Part shown: positions 37,006-50,779 of the stretch, one piece after another
Layout of the letters: each line of letters begins with the position of its first letter
Numbering within the stretch: position 1 is the stretch's first letter
NCBI GenBank assembly: GCA_013239625.1
Contig: MU054212.1
Span: 7,724,270 to 7,788,269, forward strand
Direction of reading: 5' to 3'
DNA length: 64,000 nt
DNA from: Lama guanicoe
Lineage: Eukaryota
The notes under the pieces: model-generated
Told to the model about the DNA's origin: nothing
Database searches by the model: none
The model's input: the letters and a program-made list of their open reading frames with translations, nothing else
Made by a program: the position numbers and the translations under genes

Positions 37006-39169
37006 TTTGATATACTTTAAACCAACTTATATTTTTTTTCATAAAATAAGGACCCCATTGTACCTCAGGTTTTCTGCATTTAATATGTTGACCACATCTC
37101 TTTACCAAGATGAACCTCTTAACTATGTGCTACACTTTAGGGACAATTAACTCTTTCTCTAATTTTTAGTACTATAATTATGGCAAGTATCCTTTGAGTC
37201 ATTTCCTTTTGCCACAATTCACCGACTTTCCTCCAACAGTTGTAGATAAAAGTAATGTAGATAAAGTAATTTATCAGCGATAAGATTTTCAGCAGTTAAG
37301 ATTTATCCGCAAAGTGAATTATTAGAAAGCAGGCAGCTGAATCTCTGTATTTGCACTTAATTTTAAACTTCCCGAGGTATTAGTCTGTTCTTTGCTCCAA
37401 GCAGGGCCATCATTTTCTTCAGAACACCATCTTGCAGAATTTTTGAGCAAGTTTAATCATCTTTAATTCAATCACTCTGACAAGAGGTTAGGCAGTTTGA
37501 AAAGAATTATGCAATTCTCTTTCAACTCTCAGTGATTAAAAGCAGGCTGTATTGTGAGGATGTTCATGTATTTGATGCCATTTCACCAATTGTATGCACT
37601 TTATACAAAGTTGTATAGCAATGAAGATTGAAATAAAATTTTCTCATTAGTTCTAAGTTGAAATATGGTAAAAAAAAAAAAAAACTCCACTTGTTTTAAA
37701 TGAACCATGATGTGAAGAAAGGTCTCGGTAGGGTGAAGTCCAGCTGCACATATTTAGAGAATCACTTTTCATTTGAGCTCACCATGGACCTCTCATAATA
37801 TTCATTGGACAGACGTCTCTCTTAAGTCTTCAACTGTTACTTTTTTCAAGGAAATTTAATTGCTTCTTCCCATAACAAGTTTCAAAATTATTTTGACATT
37901 CATAGATTTCCTTAATTCTTGTCTTTCAGTTTAATTAAATTCAGTATATGTATTTCAAATCCACCCTTATTCAACATTACAAGTGAAAAGAGACTAGAAT
38001 CCAACTGAACTATATGGAGACCTGATCGTTGAATGTGAACAAAAAATGAATCCCACTCTTCAGTGGTTAAACTCTCCCACACCTCAAATCATGGCTCCAT
38101 CTCTATTTAGGGGTGCTGGGGTGCAGTGCTATGGTCAGGGAAGTCACATACAATCAAGCACAATTTTTCGATATTGACATTGAACTTGAATTCTCCAAGT
38201 CTATATAAAATGTTGATGGCTATTAAGGCATAAATCTTATGGTACATACTCATGTCCTTTCTTAACTGACTCAACTGTTCCAGTTTTCTAGTTTCTGTTA
38301 CTTATTTTAGAAAAAGCATTCCCTTGCTACTTTTATCTCACCTGGGGGATTTGACACGATTTTTTCCTTTCAAGTCCCCTATGTCTAGTTTTTGGGAGAA
38401 TTGTACTGTCTTTGCTTCCTGAGAGGCCCTGCGCTCCGGGTGCTGGGTGGGGGACTGGGGAGGAGCTGTGAGCAGAAAGGGGAGCGAGCCCTCCCAGCTC
38501 AGGGGTCAGATTTTAATAAAATAATTCATACAAATAAATGTTTGTATATAAATTGAGTACATTCTGAAAGAAAGAATTCTGTAAGAATGTGGAATAAAGG
38601 ATTCTGGACCAGACACAGAGGTTGGAACAGGATGCCCCAGAACTCGCCTGTTTACGGAGGCATGACGTGTGAGGAGGTGTTTACTGCATCAGGGGTCTTC
38701 AGTGCTTCCATCAATGTTTCAGAATCAGAGACTTAGGTCTTACTCTGGTTATCCCTGCAATTCTGTACTCACCAGCAGATACATTATCTCCCCCCATTAT
38801 CCACCTATGGACGTGGGGAGGCTTACACAACGCCTGTCAATATTCTTATAGTATGTCGATCATGTGCAACTCTTCTCTGGTTATCATCCTGTTTTTGAAG
38901 AGTTATTTAAATTTAATGAAATGTAGTCATTTCTTTTCTTTGCCTTAGCAACTACTTTCAAATTCTAATTAGTGGTGTGTGTATGTGTGTATGTTTGTGT
39001 GTTGGGTTGTTAAAGTGGCAGAATGTCTCAAAATAAAAACGTAATTGATTCATCACACATCCCTAAAATTCCCTGAAGTGTCTGTAGGAAGAGAAAAGGC
39101 ACCAGAATCAGGGAGGTGATATTAAGTGTTGCGTATACTAGGGAAATGTGTATTAACAGTTTAAAGCAA

Positions 39170-39400
39170 ACATCATAATAACTACATTAATTGACAACTT
39201 ACCATGTGCTGGGCATCATTCTATGGCTCTATGTAAATTAACTTACATATTCTCAATACATATGATGTCTACGTGTATCACCATTATTCTCATTTTATAG
39301 AGGGGAAACCAAAGCAGTAGGACCGTAGTCATGACTGCAGGTAGGTAGATATTCTGACTCAAGTATTGATTCCATAGTCCATACTGTTAACTACTGATAT
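39170..39400 (-). mobile_element. MIR SINE
   Basis: acttaccatgtgctgggcat...attctcattttatagaggggaaacc. Confidence 0.75.
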
Positions 39401-40574
39401 GTAATATCTGGTTCATAATTTTACTGATTTGTTAAATTCCCATCATTGTTAAAAATCATAACAGCTCCTAATTTGTTGGTTACTTTTCTTTCCCTCAAGA
39501 GAAACTCATGGAAAAACTTGTAACTTCCTTACTATCAATGCTTTTGCCCCATATTTTACATACAAAATACATAAAGCAAGGACAAATATATAAATGCTTA
39601 GACACAGCCTGGTGACTGCTGGATTGTGGGGAATTTCTCACAATATATTATATATTTTTTGAATTCAAAAAATATTAACTTGCACACCCTTTGAAACTAT
39701 AGACATTTTTCACATCAAGAATATATACTTTAGCTAATTTCAATAATTGGGGAAATATCTTTAACAGCTGGAAGTTCTATGACCATTAATAAACTTAAGA
39801 ATTTAAGTCACCTGTTTGATCTACCCGCAACGTCTTTGTCCATAGTACTGTATCTTGCAAAGAGGATATGAAATATAATATAAAAACACTCATTGAATTA
39901 TCTTGGTAAAATTAAAATGTCCCTGTGAATCTTTACACTGGGAACTTTTGACATGACTCATAGTAATTGTTACAATACAAAAAAGCTTAGAAGGTTTAAA
40001 TATTATCTAAATAACGTTATCCTAAAACACCTGACACATGTTCTTAGCAAAGTGAAGGACTAATTGGTTAGGTGTGCTGATGCATACTGTCTGGAAATGT
40101 TACTCAGGTTATTTCTCCCTGCAAATGATGGGTACAATGCAGTTTATATTAATGTTACTACTTACTGTGTTATAATGTTACTGTTAACCATGAATCACAA
40201 TTCACACACAGTGCACATATATAAGTATCTGAGTCTCTTCTTTAAGCTGCCGGAAATGTTCTAGGCAGTGCCTACATTTTCTGTGATGCATCTATCCCTG
40301 TCGAGAATATGATACATTATTTCTCTGTGTGCTCCACATCATACAAAGCTCAATATCATGGAGTAACTAGTAAACTATTGCTCTAATTTATACCATAAGT
40401 AAAGAGATGCAAGACTTGATTTGACTTTGTGTGTGTGTGTGTGTGGATTATCAGAGTGGAAGATTCCATCAAGTACATCAATGAATAATTCATTAACTGT
40501 AGCTTACAATTTGATGCCATAGTACAGGATCCTATTGCAAAGGGTTTCATGAGTTTCATTTAAACATAAAATAT

Positions 40575-40980
40575 ATCAATCAGTTATTATAGTTTAGGTT
40601 ATGCAGTCCTAGCAAACAGCTCTAAAATCAAGGTTACAGAAAGAACACAGGTTTATTTCTTGCTAAGGCTATATGTCTGTGTTGGTCAATAAAAGAATCT
40701 GTTTATATCTTCCGCACATAGGGACCCAGGCTCACAGAGCCATGTCACCTACAGCACCCCCATCATTCATTCATCAAGCACGTGGGAGCATGGTGAATCA
40801 CCCACAGTTTCTTCAAAGGCTTCTGTCGAAAGTAGCACATGGCATTTTTATTCACGTTTTACTGGCCAAAGCGAGTCACATGTCCGTTCCTAATTTGAAG
40901 ATGAAAGAGAAGTGCAGATCGCTCGCGTGCCCAGATGGAAGAAACTGCAATATTAGTGAACAGACTTAATGATTGCCACG
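40575..40980 (-). mobile_element. ERVL-MaLR LTR (old MLT1)
   Basis: ggttatgcagtcctagcaaac...ggtttatttcttgct...actggccaaagcgagtcacatgtcc. Confidence 0.65.
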
Positions 40981-41479
40981 TGAAATTAGCCAGTTCCCTT
41001 CGGTAGTTTTATCACGTCAAAATGACTTATGATTTAATGTAATAACTGTGTTTTCAAACTTCAGCCTAGGAAGAGAATTCCTGCATAAAACCACCAGCAA
41101 AGAAAGTAGAAGCTAAACTTGTAAAATTGATGGTATTTGCCTTTTTCAATAGGAGTTGTATTTACTCAAAGAATGGTGATAAACTCTGGGTTATCTTGAG
41201 TAAACGCAGGTGATAGCCTTTTTGACAGCAAGCACAAGGGAAGAGCAGTGCCAAGACCTGAAATACAGCTGTGCTTTCTGATAATATCAACGGGGTACAG
41301 AAAACTGAACAGCTTTGTGTGTGTCTTTTTTATCACCTGCACCAACATGGACAGAAGTATCATATGTGCTATCACATATTATTGTAAAAAAGTAACACAG
41401 ATAAACATACAAATCATACTGTATGATGGTTTTACACTGGCAAACATAATCTGAGAAGTTAGAATAGATCCAGTCCATG

Positions 41480-44400
41480 TTTTTAATGCTGTAAATTTCC
41501 CTGAAGCACTGCAGTAGCTCTGTCCCATACATTTTAATGTGTTGTGTTTTCAATTTAATTCAGTTCAAGTACTATTTTTAAAAATTTCTCTTGAGACTTC
41601 CCCTTTGACCCATGGGTTATTTAGAAGTGTGGTGTTTAGCTTCCAAATGTTTGGAGATTTTTCTGTTATCTTCCTCTGTGTGGGGTCAGAGAACCTTATT
41701 TCCTGTGTTATCTTGCTCCATTTTGGTCAGAGAACACACCTTGTATAATTTCAGGGTTTTTTTAATTTGTTGATGTTTATGTTATGGCCCAAAATGTTGT
41801 CCATCTTGGTATATGTTCTGTGGGCACTGGAAAAGATTGGATATTGAGCTGTTTGGGGGTACAGTGTTCAAAAGAGTGTTAAATGAGCATTAAAAGATGC
41901 TCATTGGATGCTGTTGGTTAATGGCACTGATGAATCCTTGTATGTCTGTACTAATTTTCTGTCTAGTTGTCTTATTGATTGTTGAAATAGTGTGTAAAGT
42001 CTCCAATTATAATTGTGGCTTTGTTGATTTCTCCTTTCACTTCTTTCAGTTTGACTTTACATATTTTGCAGCTGTTGTTTGATATATACACATATTTAGG
42101 ATTGTTATGTCTTCTTGATGTACTGATTATTTTATCATTATATATTATTCCTCTTTATATCTGGTAATTTTATTTGCTCAGGGTCTACTGTATGTGATAC
42201 TAATAGAGGCAATTTTTTTATTGTTGTTTGCATGATATCATTTTTCCATCCTTTTACTTTCAACCTGCCTATATTGTTGTATTTAATTTGAATTCCTTAT
42301 TCATAAAATACAGGGGGGTCCTATATATTAGCCCACTCTGCAGATCTGTCTTTTAATTTCTATATATCACCATTTATGTTAACTGTAATTATCTATATAT
42401 TAAAGCTATGTAAGTCTGTCATTTTATTTTTTGGCCTTTTTTTCCACTCTGTTTTTGTTTCTGTAGGTTCCTCTGGGTTTTTTTTCCCTGCCTTCCTGTT
42501 AGTTACTTGAGCATATGTAGAATTCCATTTTTATTTATCTAGAGTGTTTTTGAGTGTATCTCTTCATATAGATTTTTCAGTGGCTGTTCTGAGTATTACG
42601 TTACACACACTATATATGTATAATGTATCACTGTCTACCGCTGTTGTCACTTTATCAATTGTAGTGAGGCATGAAAACTTTACGTTTCTTTATGTACTTC
42701 TATCCTCTTCCATTTATAGTATAATTTTCTTAAATGTTTTCTCTCCATACCAGAAAGTGTTATAATTTTTTGCTTTAACTGTCAAATACAAGTTAGTGCC
42801 ACAGGAGCAAGAAAGTCCATTGTATTTATCCATATCTTTGCTTACCATGTTCTTTCTTCTTTTTTGATATTCTAACATTCCTTCTTTTATTTGCTTCCTT
42901 TCTGTTTTGAGAACTTCCTCTAGCCATTCTTTTAGTGCAGACAAGTCTCTTGGTAACAGTGTATCTTTGCTATCCTTCGCCTAAGAATATCTTGATTTTT
43001 CCCTTCATTCCTGAAGGATATTTTAACTGGATATAGGACTCTGGGTTGACAGATCTTTTCTTTCAATACTTCAAAATGTCACGTCACTTCCTTATGGCCT
43101 CCATGTTTTCTGATGAGAAATCTGTCATTCTAATTGGCTTTCTCCTGTAGGTAAAGTGTCATTTCTCTCTTGCTCCTTTCAAGATTCATGTTCGTTTGTT
43201 TTTAGTTTTCATACATTTGAAATGCTGAAGGACAGATGTTGTGTCTTGGCATGGATTTCTTTGGGTTTTTCCGCTTGGTATTCAGGTTCACAAGTCGGAT
43301 TTATCTCCTTTGTCAGAAAGAGAAATACTCATCCACTCTTTCTCTGAGCACTTTTTCATCCCCGTCCATTTTCTCCTCTCCTGCCAGGTCTCCGGGACGT
43401 GAACGTTCGCGCTTTTGTTACAGCGAAGCAGTGTGTTGGTTTCCTATGGCTGCTGTGACAAATGACCACAGATACGATGTTTTACAGCACACATTTATTC
43501 TCTCACAGTCATGGAGACCAGACGTCAGAAGTCAGTTGCACTGAACTAACGTCAAGATGTCGGAAAGGCTAGTTCCTTCTGACAGCTCCGGGGAACAGTA
43601 TATTTCATTGCCTTTTCTAGCTTCTGGAGGCCACCTCTGTTCTTTAACTGGCAGTCCCTTCTCCACATCAGTCCGAGCTCATGCTTCTGTAATCACATCT
43701 CTTACTTCCTTTTCTGTAGTCAAATCTCCTCTTGCATCTGCCTTTTAAGGGCACTGTGATTACATTCAGGTCCCACCTGGATAGTCCATGATCCTCTCCC
43801 TGTCTCAAGATCGTTAATTTTATCACCTCTGCAAAAATCCCTTTTGCCATGTAAGGTAACATTCACAGCTTCCAGGGGTTAGGACCAACCCGACTATCTT
43901 TGAGAGCCATTATTCAGCTGACCTATGGGTTTCTGAGGCTTTGTTGTTTTGTGGTGGTGGTGGTGGTTTTGGTCTGTTTTCTCTGTTAGACTGGGTAATT
44001 CCAATTGATCCACCATACAGCTAACAGATTCCTTCCTCTGTCACTTCCATTCTGTTATTGAGCCCACCCACCAAGTTTTATATTTGGTTATTGGGTTTTT
44101 TATTTTCTTCAGTTCTAAAATTTCCATTTAGTTCTTTCTCATATGTTCTGTTTCTTAGGTGACACTTTCTGCTTTTTCATTTGTTTCAAACATGTTCATA
44201 ATTGCTCATTGAAGTATTTTATTTTTATTATTATAGTTGCTTTAAAAGCTTTGTCAGACAATTCAAACATTCTGTCATCTCATTATGGGCATCTGTCATT
44301 GTCTTTTTTTCATTCAGTTTCTGATTTCCCTGGTTTTTGGTATGATGACTGATTTTCAAGTGAAACCTGGCCATCTTCTTGTTGTGTTAAGAGACCCTGG

Positions 44401-45390
44401 ATCCTGGATCCTAGCTAGCTTCCACTGACATCAACCTAGTGGGTGAAATGGGGAAGGGGCCACCTCATCACTGCCAGTGGAGGTAGAAGTGCAGGCTTCT
44501 TACTCATTCTCCCTTGTCACCTGAGGGGGCTCCACATTACTGTGAGGTGGGCAGTGAGCTCAGGCCCCTCACTAAGTCTTCAGTGACAACTCCCTGGCCC
44601 GGAAAGAGGAGTGCGTCTCTCTGTTCCCCATGTGGCCTCCCCTGACAACATGGGAGCAGAGAGGTGGCCTGACGGCTGCTGGGCCATGATCAGAGTTCTT
44701 CCTTCTCTCTAGGCCTCCGTGACACCACCCAGTGGAGAAGAGGAGGGGAGACTTGATACTACCAGGTCGGGGTGGGGGTCCAGGCTCCCCGTATAGTCCC
44801 TGTTGACAACCTAGTGGAGGTGGGAGGTGGGGAGTCTCGTCACCACCTGTGAGAATGACAGCCCCAGCTCCCTCCTTTGCTTCTTGTGACATTACCTTGA
44901 TGAGGGTGAGAGGAGTTGGGGTTCCTTGCTACAGCCTAGTGAGGGTGAAGGTCCAGGCTCCCTATTCAGCCTTTACCATCGTGCATGTGGCGGGGGCCAC
45001 AGTGTTTTCTGTCCTGCATGGCTGGAGTAGAGCAGTTGGTGTCTCAGTGGTTTTTTGTTTTGTTGTGTTTGCTCTTTTCCTAGTCCTTTGGCTGAAAGAG
45101 CGTGCATTCTCTTTGGTAACTGGCCTACTGTTTTTTTTAATCTGTGCCTCTTGGCACTTTTGGATTTCTGGTTTCTTTATATCCATGTCTGATATATACG
45201 AAGCAAGACAAAAATCCAGGGAACTCACCACCCTGTCATTTCTTGAGCCCTGAGGCTGCCTAGCTGGTTTGCCTCCTCTCCAACTTTCAGAGTCTTGGTG
45301 TGTCTATTTTATGTGTACTATCCAGGGTTTTGAATTGTATTTAGTGAAAGGAATAGGGACCAGTACTTCTCCTCCATCTTCACAAAGTCC
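41480..45390 (-). mobile_element. Large old L1 (L1M) fragment: ORF2 5' part, ORF1 region and 5' end
   Basis: tttgacccatgggttatttagaagtgtggtgtttagcttccaaatgtttggagatttt (ORF2, antisense); ttcattcctgaaggatattttaactggatataggactctgggttgacag (ORF1, antisense); repetitive GC-richer block at 44400-45000. Confidence 0.8.
43432..43925 (-). mobile_element. MLT1 (C/D-like) solo LTR inserted into the L1
   Basis: tgtgttggtttcctatggctgctgtgacaaatgaccac...ttttgccatgtaaggtaacattcacag. Confidence 0.85.
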
Positions 45391-46147
45391 AATCCCCATT
45401 TTTTACGCCAAGCGTAAACTTTAAAAATATCACTCAACATTGCTTCTCAGAGGATGAATCTCAGGGGATTACTGCTGATCTGTGTCTGAATAATAAGCAC
45501 TTTACAGATCAGTGGGATCACAGAGTACTTGGACAATGATGCAAATAGGATTACAGAATATTCCATCAGTGCTAAGGTTCAGAGACCCTGTGGAAGCAGC
45601 CTTATTCCTCCAAACCAGCATGTTCTCCTGTCCTGGGAAACCATTACTGCAGGGTGTAGCAAGGTTGGAAACTTACCCCGTTCACGCAGACTATCGCTTC
45701 TGGCAAAATTCTGGAACTACACCACCCCAGCCTTTACTGAATTCTCACTAAGTGTTCGTCATTCCCAGGAACATTATCCATCTGAAACGCAGTTTTCAAC
45801 CAGAAAACCTGTGGGAAATGTGGCTGAACTAGGAGGGAAATAGTGAACACAAAATCCATGCTTCAACTCTAGGAAGCACCTACCAGCCACCATGCATGTT
45901 AATTTCTTTTGATGTAAAATTACACATTCAGAATAAATGTATTGATTTTGTCAAGTTATTTGATCACCACTCAGTAGATTAAATACAAGAGATGGGGCTA
46001 CGAATTTCCTGCCTGAAAGCAATATTCTGAGGAATAACAGTTGACAGGAAGGCGACCCCAAAGAGCAACAGTCTAGGGAAATTCTCCCAAAAGGCAAAGC
46101 CAGTAAGTGACATTGTCATTAACCCTGAAATTCTCAGGAGAATAGAG

Positions 46148-46298
46148 CAATGGTTCTCAAAGTGTGGTCCTCACGCAGGCAGCATCAACTCAACCTCGGA
46201 ACTCTATGTAAATGCGATTTCTAAGATGCTCTGGGGATAGAACCCAGCAATCTGTTGCAACAAGCCCTCCGGATACTTCCACAGCTGGAAACCACTTA
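46148..46298. mobile_element. MER5-type hAT MITE
   Basis: caatggttctcaaagtgtggtcc...cccagcaatctgttgcaacaagccctcc. Confidence 0.75.
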
Positions 46299-48989
46299 CT
46301 GGAGCAGCCCCTCTGACCACTGCCAAATGCACTAAATCTGTGTTTTTCATGATTCTTGACTCATCAGGTTAGGTTTGTGGAAAAATCTATTTATTGTATT
46401 CAATATTCAGTGTGTTTCAGTAAAGATTTTTTTTTCAAGGAAATATAGTGAAGAAATTAAAGATGTATAAACCCAAACGGTCTCTTTAGTTAAATACGTC
46501 TTAACAATTTGCACAATTGTTTTGTGTCCTTCACCCAAGTAGTCATAACTGCTCAATGCCTGAGTTTGTGATTGAAACCAAAAACTTGAGGCAAGCCTAC
46601 ACTTCCCTGCCTTCATTCCTTGTGGCTGCCAAGTCATCCCTTCACAGGTTTTTCTAGCTGTTTTCACGTTCCTCTCCAGGGCTGAGACCAGGCGTGAGGG
46701 TATTTGGAGGCGAGGGTGGGGGCGTCTCTGCATCACTTGACGAAGATTCATTTTCGAGATCTTGTCACACAATATCGTTAGAGACAGATGCATATGCAGA
46801 TGTCCAGACTCATCATTGTCATTACCACATCAGCTCCACCAGCAGGGGATTCACTGTCTATTGAATGCCAGCATTTTCCTCTGGGGTCATGTGCGATTAA
46901 GGGAACTCTGGGCCCCAAGGCTGTCCTGAGGAAAGAGAAGCTACATTCCTAAGTAGAGATTTTCCATTTGGGGTACAATTACACACCCCAGGATGGGGTA
47001 AGACAACATCAGTAAGAGGTAAAAGGTTAAAAGGTGAAAGAAATGGCTTATGATTGTAATAAAATATAGATGCAGATTTGAGAAGCCGTCTGTGGCTTCT
47101 AGTCCTAAATATTTTTCAGTTTTCTTTTATTGCAAGGACACTATTTTGTATTATTTTACCCTTTTCAATTAGCAATTCACTAAATTTAGGGAATAATAGA
47201 TTTGAGTTTACTTACTCTCCATCACTTTCGGTTACTAATATTTTAGGTTTTTGATCAATTATCACATTTTACTATATGTAATTTTAGAACTGAATATTTT
47301 CCGTTTCTATAGGTCATCAATTTTGGTCCCATTTACCTTTTACTCGGTACACTTTTTTAAAGGGGTCTTGTTCTTGAGTAAAACCAGGGAAATGGCTCGT
47401 GAACCAGTTACCTGCTTCTGATTTAAAATGACACACAGTCTTGGTTGGGGAAAATGTTACTCTCTTCTCCTTTCAATATTCCCCGACCAGTTGTGTTATG
47501 TTTTTCGTCCCTTCTGTTCCCTTTGTGCATTCAGTCTGATCATGTTTCTCATTTACTCACTTCGCTTGGCTATTTAAACGGTTGTTCTTCAGCAATGTTT
47601 TGGGGGAGAAGACTTTTCCCAAACCTTCATTACACAGTGTTGGTTAAATAACACCATTTGGGCAGGTTGGAGGAACCACCCTTTTGAAAGCATATTTTTA
47701 AATAGGGGAGCAGATGTTTCCTCTCACACACTCATCCTTTAGAAAGTAAAGAACCCCAGCCCTGGTGATACCAGTCAGATGTCTCCTTTCTTAGAGTAAT
47801 CCCGTGCTTGGAGGTTGAAAACACAGTGATTAAATCACCCCCAAAATGCTTAGGTAAGGCCTACATATGAAGACAGATAGTTCTTACACAATAAATGGGG
47901 GCAAAAAGTGGGGGATTCAGAAAGGTATATGTCATCTGCAGGCGGAAGTCTGGGTTTTCCCCTGCAGTGTTTGTTAGCTTCTATTTATAAACACAAAATG
48001 TGTCAGGTGATTTTTTTTTCCCATATGCAGATAAATTCTGCCCCATCCTTTTAATCTAAACATTGTAAAAAGTAATGTTTACCATTAGGATGCATACCAA
48101 ATAATACTTTCTGCTCCTGCTGCTAAACAACTTTTAGAAAGTAATGTACATGAGTCGGGTTGATTTTGAACATTTGATCAAAGTATGAATCAGATTTTCA
48201 AGATGGGAAGACATTTCAAAACATCTGACTGCTCTTCTGTGTTTTCCTCAATGTCAAGGTAGTCTGCTGTTTGTGCGGTTTTTTTTTTTTTTTCATTTTT
48301 TTTCTTTTTTTTTTTTTTTTTTACTTAACTGGTTTAAGAATTTTTTTTTTCCTTTTATGCCTTATTCTCCGGGAGCATCTGACATAACAGCTGTAAACTA
48401 AATGTTCTCATTGTCCAAATACCTCTACTGTTGTAGATGTGAGCTGAAGAGTTGCTTCATATTTATGCAGTTTGAATCCTTGAATCGACAAAGAAGAAAA
48501 ACCAATCTGCTATGGAGTGGTTATAAAGGCAGAATTATCCAACTTGACCCAACTAACCTTGGTCCAGGGGGGCAGCATAGCCCTGTGATTTCACATGACT
48601 GAGCATGTGGACCATTTTCTGGTTTTGGTTTTAGGGTTGAGTTGATGATTAAGGTGGGAGCAGGTGATGTAGGTATCAGTACTTCATTTCTTAGCCTTAA
48701 TCCTTCTGCCCGGTTGGTGAACAGATGGTAATCCATGCCAGTCACCATTATTTTCTTCTATCAGTTTATTCTTTCCATCATTTGTTTGGTTGGTTGGTTG
48801 GTTTTGTTTTGCTTTTCTCTTAGCTTCCCTCCTTCCACCCTGGTCCATCAGTCATCCCACATTATTCACCTGCGTTCAGTATTTTATGATATTCTGTGGG
48901 AGAACTAGCCTTCGCCATAATGCATACCCACCATACCTTCCACGTGTCCCTCTGGCTCAATGGGGCTATAAACTTGGCCATGCTTTTTT

Positions 48990-49250
48990 TTAATTGGTCT
49001 CAAAATATGTTTCAAGGTCACCTGCATCAGCACCATCTGGGGTGTTTATTAAAAGTGCAGGTACCTAATCCCCATCTTAGACCCACTAAACAGAACCTCT
49101 CTTTCTGACTTCAGGATTTTTCAGGCTAACACTAAGTGGGGGGTTCATCCAGATCTGTGCTTATAACCCAGGGTAGCTTTTTAAAAATCATGACACACAG
49201 ATCCCATCCCAGGGTTGTCACTGAAACACCCTGGTGTGATTCTTGTGCAG
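48990..49250. mobile_element. MER5-type MITE fragments
   Basis: cacctgcatcagcaccatctggggtgtttattaaaagtgcagg. Confidence 0.6.
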
Positions 49251-49589
49251 CCTATGTTAACAACCAGAAAAAGAGCTGTAGACATTGGAAGGAGAGAACA
49301 GAAGTTGGTGTAGACACAGAAACATGACTTTAGTGAATTCATCAAAGTCCAGAGATTGATCCTCATTTATAAATTCAGAAACCAGATCTTTTTCTCAAGG
49401 GCATAGTCACATTAAGCAAGCGTATAGGGGCTGAGCTGTAAATAAAAGTGCCATTTTTGGAATTATCATTGTCACTAGGATCAGCCTGGCCAGGGTGTTC
49501 GTGCCCTAGAGGCGAGAATCTCCATAGGAGGAAAAATGATCAGCAGACATTTGCTCCTGGAATCTGGAGCCAGACTCGGGGCAATTAGA

Positions 49590-49820
49590 GTTGAATAATA
49601 GTAGTGAAAACAGTAAGAATTCCTAGGTGTCAGGAAGTCTCCCAAACATTTCACATGGGTGATTTCATTGCATCCCTCTCAACGACCCTTTGTTGGTGGT
49701 CTTGTGAGCTCTGTTTTCTAGATGAGAAGAAGGTAGGGAAAGAGAGACCGCATAACTTGCTCAATACAACGGAGCTGCCAAGTGGTAGCGCTGAAATTCC
49801 CGGGCTCTAGGACTAAGTCA
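49590..49820 (-). mobile_element. MIR SINE
   Basis: gttttctagatgagaagaagg...taacttgctcaatacaacggagctgccaagtgg. Confidence 0.65.
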
Positions 49821-50779
49821 TAAGTGACCAAAGAAAGGAACTACCAGGTAACTGTAGTTGCCTGGGTCTTGCCACCTAAGTAAGCAATCCAGGGAGGGCA
49901 GAAGAGCGGCCAGTTGGTGGAAAAGAAAGGAATGTGCAAGCCACTGTTTGTATGGAGAGGAGGCTTTTGAGTCATGAGTCATGAGAATGAGCAGCTGCTG
50001 GGTGGATGAAGAGTGACGCCTTGGTCAGAACTTGTGGTTTGTTTAACTGAGCCCTCTATAGTTGCAGTGAAGTGAAAGGTCTACACAAGCAGGTTCTGCT
50101 CTCAAGTTTTCTTTTTTTAAAGATGTATCACCACCATATACAAATTGCCATCATAAATAGTAATAAATAGCAATAATAAACATATTTGATATATAGATGG
50201 CAAGTTTGCACATGTCCGCCTCATGGATGTCCCCAGACCCTGAGTTCACTTTGTCTCAGGAAATATGAATGAAATTGGCTGGAACTTTCACTAGCTCCAA
50301 CTCAAGCATATTTCCTGTTATTTGGGGGGATTTTCATGGAGCTTACAGGTTCCCTGTGTCTCTGTTCTGAGTTTCTGCATCTGTCAAGTGCCCAGTCACC
50401 ACTCGGAGTTTTGTCTCCTAAGCACAGTGCCAGCTTGCCCACGAGGTCACCCAGCTGTCTACCACCCTTGATCCTTTCTTCGTTGCCCAAAGTACCACCA
50501 GTGCAGGCTGTGTGTTTAGCAGAATTTGCTGTAGGATTTGGGCAATGGAGTTGTGCTATGGCACAGAAATATTAGCTACCCCAAGTATTAAAACTTCTCA
50601 ATCATTTCTAGAAAAAATTGTAGTTTGTGTTTTTCATTTGTGCTTCAAGCATCTCACCAGATGGGAAGTAGAGTTATTTCCAAGGGTATAGTCATTTCTA
50701 AGGATAGAGATTTTCTTGTTTGTTTCTTTGTTTTGTTTTGAACATAATTCCCAATGTTTAATTCGGAGGTGGTTTGTGG

